A stretch of 64,000 bases of DNA from Octopus bimaculoides. Its lineage: Eukaryota. The number at the start of each line of letters is the position of its first letter. Position 1 is the first letter of the stretch. Both the position numbers and the translations under genes were made by a program. The notes under the pieces are model-generated. The model did no database searches and was not told the DNA's origin. It saw only the letters and a list, made by a program, of their open reading frames with translations. The stretch spans positions 34,520,360-34,584,359 of the forward strand of contig NC_069002.1 in assembly GCF_001194135.2 (NCBI RefSeq), written 5' to 3'. This document shows, piece by piece, positions 53,393 through 64,000 of this stretch.

Positions 53393-53793
53393 TACACACA
53401 TTTTTGAACTCCGATAATTCAGCGTCATATAAACAAGTATGGTAATACCATTTTCTCTCTTTTGAAGAAGGTGCTTTCCAATTTATTTATAAAATTTCGT
53501 TCTAGCAAGTATATTTTTCAATATCTGAGGTTAACATTTGCTTTTGATGTTAATATTGATTTTCTAAAGCATTTCTCATTTTCCGATCATCATATACAAT
53601 AAGAATATTTTCTTTCTAAAATTGTCAAATTGTTCGCTATTTGTAGGGATAAATTTATCTCGATTTTACGTTTTACTCTCCTTAGTTCGTGAATATTTAT
53701 ACATATTCCCATTTGAATTCGATTTCAAATTAGATTTAGAGTTAACATTAGTAGGAATGCTATTTGAACAGTTTTCTCTCTTTTGTCAATCAA

Positions 53794-53901
<108 letters not shown>

Positions 53902-54631
53902 TATTTGTTGAACGTATTTATCTTAGACTTCCTGCTTTCATGTTAAATTTCACCAAAGAAATTTCATTCTGTATTCTTCTTTGTTGATCTTGGTGATCAA
54001 AGGAAACATCATTGGTCTTTTATTTAACCGTAAGTCAAGTCTGATCTGATAGACATAAAACCACAAGCATTGTAGCCATAATCTTCATGACCACATTCTT
54101 AGGTAAACTGTACTTAAGACGAGATTAATATGTCCTTCAAATACCTCTATTTGGTAACATATGCTAAGGGAGAGCTTTTCCCTTTCACAAGAGTTGTAAA
54201 AACACAAAGAATAACATAACACCTCATTAAGTCTCAATCGATTAATCTATACAGTTATACAGTAATACCAGTTATGAGCTCAAAAAAAATAGAAGCTTCA
54301 CGTATCATTTGATGATTATATAATCCATAATACTATAATACATGTACGTTGGAAACTATTGGATATATAATGTACCGAAGCAGGTAGGGAAAAATATTTT
54401 CACGACGCAGTGTTATTACAAAAGACACAATGCGCTACATCAATGGCTGTTTTATAACAATGAGTCAGTTCACATTTTTGTCATTTAAAGGGTGGTCGGA
54501 ATCTTTCCACAACACTGAAGCAAGAGTTTTCTAAATAAACAAATGAATTTGTATATACTTATAGAGAGAACTTCAATAACACCAGATAATCACGGGGGAA
54601 ATATAATTGGTAACACTACGAAAAAGTATTA

Positions 54632-54798
54632 GTGGCATGTCTGTCTATACTACGTGCTGAGTTCCAAATCCGCTGATGTCGACTTTACCTTTTGTCCCCT
54701 TGGTGTCGATAAAATAAGTACCAGCTGACTACTGAGGTCAATCTAATCGATTTCCAACCTCACCCGAAATTGCAGGCTGTGTGCCAGAATCTGAAAGC
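54632..54798 (+). mobile_element. Nin/Deu-domain SINE, 5' truncated
   Basis: CTGAGTTCCAAATCCGCTGATGTCGACTTTACC..GTCGATAAAATAAGTACCAG. Confidence 0.85.
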
Positions 54799-55032
54799 AA
54801 TAATACAGAAATGTGTAGAAAACGATGTAAATGCATATTATATAATGATATTTAAACAATGAAGTCATAGAAAAAGTTCCAAAAAAAAAGAGATTCATGA
54901 CTTTGTCTGATCTGTAAATCCATACACTTAAGGAAAAATATTGCTGAGTACAGGTGTCAGAGTGCATACGTATATATACATAAATAAATAAATAAATAAA
55001 TAAATAAGTATATAAATATGCATATATATATA

Positions 55033-55080
<48 letters not shown>

Positions 55081-55150
55081 TTTGTGTGTACAGTGAGAGA
55101 GACATACACACACATGCACGTATATNNNNNNNNNNNNNNNNNNNNNNNNN

Positions 55151-55205
<55 letters not shown>

Positions 55206-56559
55206 TGTGTGTGTGTCTGCGTGTGTATAAAATTATCATATTATATGAAACACAATCTTTAAATCCTCTCTTAATTTTCTTGTAACACTCCGTCTGTTCG
55301 TACAATATTTTTGATTCCTGATGTTCTGTGCCACTCAAGAGATAAGAAGTGAATAATTACTGTTTTCCCCGCGGAAAATTTATCTATTTTGCAAGGTAAT
55401 TTCTTCAATAATTCTGATAATACAAACCTTGTTTCTACATCTGTATGTGAATGCCGATGTACATATGCATAGTTTGTATCTACGTATGTATGTATGTAAG
55501 CATGCATGTGTGTATACATGGATGTATATCTGTATGCATGTAAGAACGTACTTATCTATTTCTCTCTCCCTATCTATTTTATATATAATTCTATATATAA
55601 TGTATAAGTATATACGCACACATATATAAATATACTTAAATATATACTCACTCATAAACGCACAAATATTTATATAGATATGTGTATACACATACATATT
55701 TATATATATATATATATATGTCTGCATATATGTATATATACACGCACGCTCACACAGACACACACACACATATGTATATATATATATATATATNNNNNNN
55801 NNNNNNNNNNNNNNNNNNNNNNNNNNNNNNNNNNNNNNNNNNNNNNNNNNNNNNNNNNNNNNNNNNNNNNNNNNNNNNNNNNNNNNNNNNNNNNNNNNNN
55901 NNNNNNNNNNNNNNNNNNNNNNNNNNNNNNNNNNNNNNNNNNNNNNNNNNNNNNNNNNNNNNNNNNNNNNNNNNNNNNNNNNNNNNNNNNNNNNNNNNNN
56001 NNNNNNNNNNNNNNNNNNNNNNNNNNNNNNNNNNNNNNNNNNNNNNNNNNNNNNNNNNNNNNNNNNNNNNNNNNNNNNNNNNNNNNNNNNNNNNNNNNNN
56101 NNNNNNNNNNNNNNNNNNNNNNNNNNNNNNNNNNNNNNNNNNNNNNNNNNNNNNNNNNNNNNNNNNNNNNNNNNNNNNNNNNNNNNNNNNNNNNNNNNNN
56201 NNNNNNNNNNNNNNNNNNNNNNNNNNNNNNNNNNNNNNNNNNNNNNNNNNNNNNNNNNNNNNNNNATATCATGAATTGTATAGATATCTATTTATACATC
56301 CATAGGTGAATTATATATTACAAAATTATTCTGACGGCAGCTAATTTTTATAACAAATGTTTTAATATTTTATATTTTTCTGAGTGTGTGTATGTGTGTG
56401 TTTACGTGTGAGTGTATGTATGAATGTGTATTTATGCGTGTGTCTGTGTGTCTGTGTTTATACATATGCAAGACGGTACATTTTTCTCTATTTGTTTCCT
56501 TAAGGCAATTAATGATATTATTCTTATCAGCGTTGTAATTGATGTTATTGTTAACAATT

Positions 56560-56881
56560 TTCAATTTTTTTCTGCTGTAATTATCATTACCACCAACGTA
56601 ATCTTCCTTCTCGTCGTTAACGCCGTCGTCACCACACTCATCATCATCATCATCATCGTCGTCGTAGTCGTCGTTGTCAGCATCATCAACATCCTCATCA
56701 TCATCATCCTCATCATCATCATCATCATCATCATCATCTCTATCGTCATTATAATCTTCGACATCATCGTTATTGTCGTGGACATCATCTTCCTCATCAT
56801 CATCACCATCATCATCATTATAACCATCATCATCAGCAGCAGCAGCAGCGGAAGCAGCCGCACAGCAGCAGCAGGAGCATC

Positions 56882-56913
<32 letters not shown>

Positions 56914-56938
56914 CATCATCATCCTCATCATCATCATC

Positions 56939-56970
<32 letters not shown>

Positions 56971-56995
56971 CATCATCATCATAATCACCATCCTG
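56560..56995. repeat. Long compound (ATC/GTC/AGC)n microsatellite
   Basis: Read directly. Confidence 0.95.
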
Positions 56996-57433
56996 ATATT
57001 ATTGGTGATCCTAGTGATAGACCGTATTCAACTACTGTTTTGGAGCTTTCTCCCCCCCCCTCCCCCGTAATCTTCTTCCACTGCTCCAGAAAATTAAAGC
57101 GTGAAGGATTAGACGTGCTCCAGCTTAGGCGCGACAATTCGTTGATCTAACACTGACGAAAATAAATCGAATCAGTTGTTATGCCTCTAAACCCTTTCCT
57201 GGTGCGGAAGAAGCTACAAATGAGGGTCCGAATGAAGTAGCCATTTATATTGAACGCGGTGTACGACTTGTAGTCCTATAATCCATTGGGAAGTTACAAG
57301 ATTCGACCACGGTTCATTAATGTCCATCAATAAATGGTGTACGGCATTGTCTCCTCGCAAAACAGCAAAAACAAATCTGCAAAAACAAAGCAGCAAAAAT
57401 CATTTAATAATATTTAGAAATGGTCAATACACC

Positions 57434-57493
<60 letters not shown>

Positions 57494-57501
57494 TGGTAGT
57501 G

Positions 57502-57543
<42 letters not shown>

Positions 57544-57564
57544 TTGGTGGTAGTAGTAGTAGAG

Positions 57565-57602
<38 letters not shown>
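57434..57602. repeat. (TAG)n microsatellite
   Basis: Read directly. Confidence 0.96.
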
Positions 57603-58981
57603 TGCTGTAGTCGCTTTTAGTTGTTGTGAATAGAACATGACACTGTTTTTGCAGCCGTTGTTGTTTTTGTTGTCTTGGCTCTTCTTTCTAGTATTGTTGC
57701 GTGTGTGTGTATGTGTTTTTTTTCTTTTTGTTTAGGTGTTATTGAATGTTGAGAATATTGTAACCTGTAATAATATTGATAAAATCAATACTGTTTGTTA
57801 AAGAAATAAATAATCAAACGAAAAAAAAAACATGCAACTATACTCAACAAATGAAATTTTTAAAAATATTTCACTTAATTAAAGATGACAGTTTTTTTGT
57901 TTGTTTGTTTTGTTTTTGTTGGATTTGTTTCCTTTACATTCCCAATCTCCCACAACATCTTACTCCTCCAACTCCTTCGACATACAATCAACCCCCTGCC
58001 GTTCTATACACAGTACTGTTTTTTTTGTTTTTTGTGTTTTTTTTCTTGAATCACAGAAACCTTTCATTGCAATCCTGTCGACACTGACAAATACTGCTTA
58101 GCATTAACGAAGCCGGATTTCTAATTAGCATTCTCATTGAAGAATAACATTAATGCAATCGCAGCGAAGATCATCTTTGGAGAAGGAAGAACTGCTCCAG
58201 CACCAGATTAAATGACCTCGTGTACACAAAAGACAACTAAGAAAACCTCTATGTGGTCGTTAGAAATGCACATGAAATATCTTGTAAACACCCAGTATCG
58301 AATGCGGTCAATGACACGAATTACGTAGTTCTAAGAAAACTGTCATGAGATAAAGACGTATTGGTCATCGCTGGAAGGTCGTTTACCATTCCTCTCTTAC
58401 ATCTGGACTGAGCTGCTTAATCACAGATCATCAATAGTTTCTCCATTCTTTTTTTTTTATTTTACTCCGCTTGATGCAACTCCAAGGATGTTTGTAAGAA
58501 CCTTATTACAGCTCATTTAGAAATAAATTTCCCAATGTTTAAATCCATGTTGCTTCTCTGTACACGTACACATCTGTAGTAGTACACAGACGTAACAACT
58601 GATCTCTTTAGAGATGAAAATAAGAGAAAGAGAAGGAAATGTAAAAAGAATAAAAATTATTATATATTTATTCTAAAATTCAAGTTTCTCATCTGGAAAA
58701 TATGACTATCGTATAATATTCTTAAGATCAAAGCACCGTCCTCTTTCATGGCGTATTCTCCTTCTCTTTTAATAAATGTATTGTATTTAGCCAGGAGTGT
58801 ATGAAAAAGATAGATGTAAAGTATGGGTTTTATTTAGAATATATTCGTGACAAAATAAATAATAATCGTCCCGATTGGTTTTAATCCTGTTTTCGAATTT
58901 TATCTGCAAATGAATAAGCTATTTACCTTTCAACAAAGATAATGCTTATAAGCCAATATCAATAATAGATTATACAAAGTG

Positions 58982-59019
<38 letters not shown>

Positions 59020-59320
59020 TACAAACAGTATTAGTGCATAGTTGGCAGCAGAGTTCGATTATTTATTGAGGTGTTAAGAGTAATTAGTTTCAATGTTGTA
59101 CTGCATTTGTGTACTGAGGTGAGGGGTTTGCATATGTCTACACACAGAGTTTAGGTGGAACTTTATATACTTTGTATTAGAAAACAGAAATATAACTCAA
59201 TCGGTAGATTGCTTGATTAGTAAGTTATTTAATATAATAAACTATTAGAATTAATTCCACTAATAATAATTATTCCCGCAATTGAAATATTTTGATTCTG
59301 TTTCGTTTTGTTTTTACCAG

Positions 59321-59475
59321 AATGTATCTTCAATGTGATAATTCAATCTTACTCTGCTAGAAACAGTTGCTGCATCTCTTTCACAAAATCGCAACTTGTC
59401 TTTTATACATGGGAACAGACATGTATATCGAAAACAATCTCATCTTTATACAATCTATTTCGAAAAGCGACCAAC
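59321..59475 (+). CDS. Candidate internal exon, phase 1 to 0, unknown product
   Basis: Strong acceptor GTTTCGTTTTGTTTTTACCAG| and donor AAC|GTAAGC. The single open frame reads (x)CIFNVIIQSYSARNSCCISFTKSQLVFYTWEQTCISKTISSLYNLFRKATN. Confidence 0.33.
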
Positions 59476-60741
59476 GTAAGCACCCTTCATGATAAGCGTG
59501 CTGGAGCACTGGAAATATAGGACTAACAGCAACCACAACAACTGAAAAAAGATATGTGATAGCTGTAAATGAATATGTGGAATTTTCGTAGTTAATGAAT
59601 TATATTAACGCTACTTCTACAGTTTCTGGATTTTAATTTGAATATTCATTAACCAAAATTTATATTTAAACATATTATTTTAGGAATATTGTTATTCACA
59701 AGAAAATAATAGGTAACGAATCAATAATTCATTGGATATTTTCTATCCCTTAAGGTGCTTTTTATAAAACCTCTGTTTAAATTCATATGTATTCATAATT
59801 TAAGAATATGAAGTGCAATCCTTAATGAATGCTATGAAGATAATTACGTTATTTTTGTTACACGCCAGTGATGATATAATATGACTCTAATCAGCACTAT
59901 TCGTCCAGAAGATCAACCGACATCATTTCACTCATACTCGATGCTATCACTTTTTGCGTCTTTTCATTTTTTTTATGGCTTCTCTGATTTGGGAAGAAAT
60001 ATTTAGTTGAAGCAGTCGTTTATAAGAGGTTAACTATTGTTAACGTGTAATTAATATCATATCTACAGAAGCCGGGAAATGTCACAATTCATATATATAT
60101 ACATATTACAGCTTAATATATTGTATTTGATTTATGTTGCTTTATGTCACGGATTCATTTCCATCCATAGCAGAGAGGGAAATGACTCCGTGAATGCAAC
60201 ATTTCAATGTGTCATTCATGTGTCACGCAAGAATCTTATACACAAAGTCTTAGTGGTCTACCTGATATTCTTTTACTCTCTATCTATCTATCTATCTGTC
60301 CATCCGTCTGTCTGTCTATCTATTTATCTATCTATATGTGTGTGTGTGTTTGTAATATATATAGGTATATATATATNNNNNNNNNNNNNNNNNNNNNNNN
60401 NNNNNNNNNNNNNNNNNNNNNNNNNNNNNNNNNNNNNNNNNNNNNNNNNNNNNNNNNNNNNNNNNNNNNNNNNNNNNNNNNNNNNNNNNNNNNNNNNNNN
60501 NNNNNNNNNNNNNNNNNNNNNNNNNNNNNNNNNNNNNNNNNNNNNNNNNNNNNNNNNNNNNNNNNNNNNNNNNNNNNNNNNNNNNNNNNNNNNNNNNNNN
60601 NNNNNNNNNNNNNNNNNNNNNNNNNNNNNNNNNNNNNNNNNNNNNNNNNNNNNNNNNNNNNNNNNNNNNNNNNNNNNNNNNNNNNNNNNNNNNNNNNNNN
60701 NNNNNNNNNNNNNNNNNNNNNNNNNNNNNNNNNNNNNNNNN

Positions 60742-60819
60742 AGGGATTGACAGTAACCTGCTTCTCCAACATACTGAGAATTCTCAGTATGTTGGAGAAG
60801 CAGGTTACTGTCAATCCCT
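60742..60819. repeat. Perfect 78-bp palindrome (39-bp arms, no spacer) at a gap edge
   Basis: AGGGATTGACAGTAACCTGCTTCTCCAACATACTGAGAA followed immediately by its exact reverse complement. Confidence 0.97.
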
Positions 60820-61800
60820 ATATATTTATGATTATAAATGATTTTACCGAAAAGGTTTTTTCATACTGAGCTACCCGGCAAAATTGTTAATTATTAATTT
60901 TATTACTAATTGACGATTCCCTGCCCTGCATATCTATATATATATATATATAACGGTTCTACGTCGTTGTGAATATTTTATGTAAAGTTTGTGATGTAAA
61001 GTCGATGTGAATTAGCAAATATTTAAATTCGGTATAGAGAGTGAGCCATCGCTCCCTCACTAGCAAAATTAGATTCTAATCAAATATCATTTTCAATATA
61101 TTATGACAATAATAACTACCTAACAAAAAATTTGGTGCCATGCCGCACTCCGCAAAAGTTAAATGGTGGATTTATCATATTTCGCAATTTTAAAATTTTG
61201 ATCCAACTGAAACGGATTGTGACAATATAAGAAAGGAATAATTTCAATACTAAACAGTTCCTCTTTGTTTTTCATATCTCCGATCTGGATATCCTCGATA
61301 TCAGTGAATGAATGCTGAGCCACTTATCGCTTGTAAATGGATATCAGTGAACGCTAAACATCAATGGTTGACTAACATTATTGTTACTGATAGCCAACAT
61401 AACTTGCTTTAAACAGTCACTCTTTAGGATGTTTTAATCGAAAATCACACCCCTTCTTAATAATATTCCTTGACATTCGATACATTTTACAAATCATTAT
61501 TAATAATGCTATATACTCCGAAGGTGTCAATCGGTGGAATTTCATTTCGCTTATACAAACTCTCGTGACAATGGTAAATATATAATGTTTGTTAGTTAAG
61601 AAATCATAGGCTGATAAGTGACTATTTCATTCAAAATATGAATGAGAAGCGTCGCCCCAGCAGACGCTACGTAATACAAGAGTGTAAACACGGATTCATA
61701 GACGTAACAAATAATGAATATACTATTAGTAATGTAAAGCCAATAATTCAGAGTAAGATATCAGGAAAACATTATTTGCTCTTAATATTATTGTTCCGTA

Positions 61801-62150
61801 AGGCGGTGAGTTGGCAGATACTTTTGCACGCTGGGCGAAATGCTTAGCGTTATTTCGCATGTCTTTAAGTTCTGAGTTCAAATTCCGCTGAGGTCGATTT
61901 TGCCTTTCATATTTCCGGAGTCAATAAATTAAGTACCTGTTGCGTACTGGAGTCGGTTTAATCGACTGGCTCCCTGCCCCGCACTTGTGCTTCGAGTAGA
62001 AAAGACTATTGCTGATCGGTAAGGCGGCGAGCTTCCAGAATCATTTGTACTCTGAGCAAAATGCTTAGCAGCTTTGCATCCCTCTGGGCTCAACATAACT
62101 GACAAACCCCCTCCTCGGAGATTGCTAACCTTGTGCTAAAGTTATAACCA
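61801..62150 (+). mobile_element. Two Nin/Deu-domain SINEs (61801-62010 full length; about 62020-62150 internally deleted)
   Basis: Both start AAGGCGG.GAG.T..CAGA. The first has the full core and tail GAGTAGAAAAG. Confidence 0.88.
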
Positions 62151-63271
62151 ATATTACCGATCTGTCTTTAGTTAAAGGTTTCAGATCGGTATAATTTTAC
62201 AATGTAATGAAAAAACAAATGATCTTTGGTATATAATTTTATTCTATCAATTTTGAAAATGTGATTTCAAATTGAAGTATTTCTCATTCTTTCCTTTCAT
62301 TTGTCATTTATGAAAGAAATTGCCTAACATAAACTAGATTTGATGTGTAACTGCATTCCATTCACAATGGGTGGTAGAGTAACATAACAGTAATATACAG
62401 AGGTAGATACCATCATCTCCTTCAGCTTATGAAACATGTGGCCCAGAGCATAAAGAAGAAATCGATAAGAAGCAACACGTAAATAAGATACCCGAGTGAG
62501 TAATAACTATTTACTGGTCACTAGTTTATAGCATAAAACAAAATAAAATGGCCACAAACAGCCAAACAAACCAGACAATTTCAGTGTTGATATTAAGTGA
62601 TATAATACCATACAACACTTACGGAGAGATGCCTCGTAACAACCGCACTTTGAAACATATCTTCAACCTTCCTTTTATTATCTAATTCCCATGAAACACA
62701 TTACAATTCCGTAAATGGTATTAATACATTTTTAAGATTATAACACAAGACTCCATCTTTACAATAAAGCTCAGAGGACACACGGAACAACATAAACGCC
62801 ATAAACGTTCAAATGACAAAGCTATCTGAAACTTTGTTGAACGTGTAGACGATATATTAGTTTTAACACACATTAAAAGACATATAAATTTCCTTATATT
62901 ATATTTCCTTAACTGAATTCTACTTAGAAATATCGATGTTGAATAGTATTATTGATGAAATGGTGTTACTCACCAAATCTATTCCCTCTCACCATTTCCA
63001 CCTCTCACACGAACACACAGATATACACGCATTTATGTCTCCACAAACTAATGAATATCTCTCTCGCTATCTCTTTCTGATTCTCTCTCTGCACTCCCTC
63101 TCTCTCCCACTTCTCACTATCTGCCTATTTTCTATCTATCTGTCTATCTATCCATCTATCTATTTGTCTGTCTCTCCGTCTGTCTGACTCTCTGTCTGTC
63201 TGTCTATTTCTCCATGTGTGTGAATATGTATATGTATATATGTGTTTATATATATATCTATTATATATGTG

Positions 63272-63328
<57 letters not shown>

Positions 63329-63777
63329 GTATGTGCGTATGTGCATGTGCGCATCTGTGAGTGAGTGAATATAGACTTTTTCCTTGTGTGTGACCAGTAT
63401 TTGTCAGGGAGAAAATTAATTATAGTGAGACATAAATATATCCGAATATGTCTGTGTGTCTGTGTATTGGCGTGTGAATGTAGTTCGTGAGACAGGTTCA
63501 GATATATGGGACTAGTACGTATGCCAAGATAGGTAGTTAACACTAGGTAGGAGATGATAATTACATCGTGATGTATGAAGGTATGGGAAAATATGTACTT
63601 ATGCAAAGAATACAATGTGTTTTGTAAGGTTACAGAAACATACACACATAGTGAGACGATATATATAAATATATATATATATATACATAGAGAGATACAA
63701 GCAGGAGCATACACACACATATAAATATATATGTATATATATATAGAGTTATTAATATTTCTAAGTCTCTCTAAAGG

Positions 63778-64000
63778 AGACTACGGCAGCGGTACTGGAA
63801 ATTAATAGTTATCGCCAAGCCAACATGGCAGTCCCAAAATTAGGACGAAAGCTGCCGTGAATTAGCTCCAAGAAGCCATCGCCTCTAGCTAGCTATGTGA
63901 CACACGAAACCTGTGTCCTTTATAACCTTCGAACAGGGGAGGTCAGCAGTGTCCCCCTGCTGGTTTGGCATCTGCAGACTAGACTAGTTTCAGGGTGTTG
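63778..64000. other. GC-richer, hairpin-dense segment running off the window edge, probably a retroelement terminus
   Basis: Abrupt composition change. Stems CATGGCAG/CTGCCGTG, GTCC/GGAC, GACACA/TGTGTC and CAGCAG/CTGCTG. Confidence 0.35.

Noticed and set aside
57736-57770. Terminal Ly6 exon (C V I E C * E Y C N) after a strong acceptor
   Set aside because: In-frame stop, and CC-to-CN spacing too short for the CCxxxxCN motif.
60148-60192. 15-bp hairpin as a pre-miRNA
   Set aside because: The stem is too short (45 nt total) and there is no other support.
63781-63860. Hammerhead or HDV-like ribozyme call
   Set aside because: No CUGANGA core, and HDV P1/P3/L3 spacing does not fit; kept only as a structured element.

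Overview
AT-rich eukaryotic genomic DNA, most likely octopus. That assignment is an inference from the SINE families, the very high microsatellite density and a short-read style assembly with 18 N-gaps, most flanked by (TA)n. No intact host gene or intact transposon ORF is visible, and nearly all ORFs in the supplied track are artefacts of microsatellites or N-runs. The window reads as intronic or intergenic sequence containing: about 25 copies of a Nin/Deu-domain tRNA-derived SINE, CORE-like and V-domain SINEs, a decayed mariner transposase, a Tc1/mariner MITE with an internally amplified 85-bp unit, the 3' end of a CR1-like LINE, a Penelope-like (GIY-YIG) relic, and three R4/Dong-type restriction-like-endonuclease retrotransposon relics. 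Three isolated plus-strand exon candidates (a signal peptide, a Ly6-like ALRCFKC exon and a Cys-containing exon) may belong to a secreted-protein gene, but I could not join them into one reading frame. The most unusual object is a 187-bp spacer-free palindrome at 33566-33752, bounded by a 10-bp direct repeat, with a minimal hammerhead-ribozyme-like motif in each arm.
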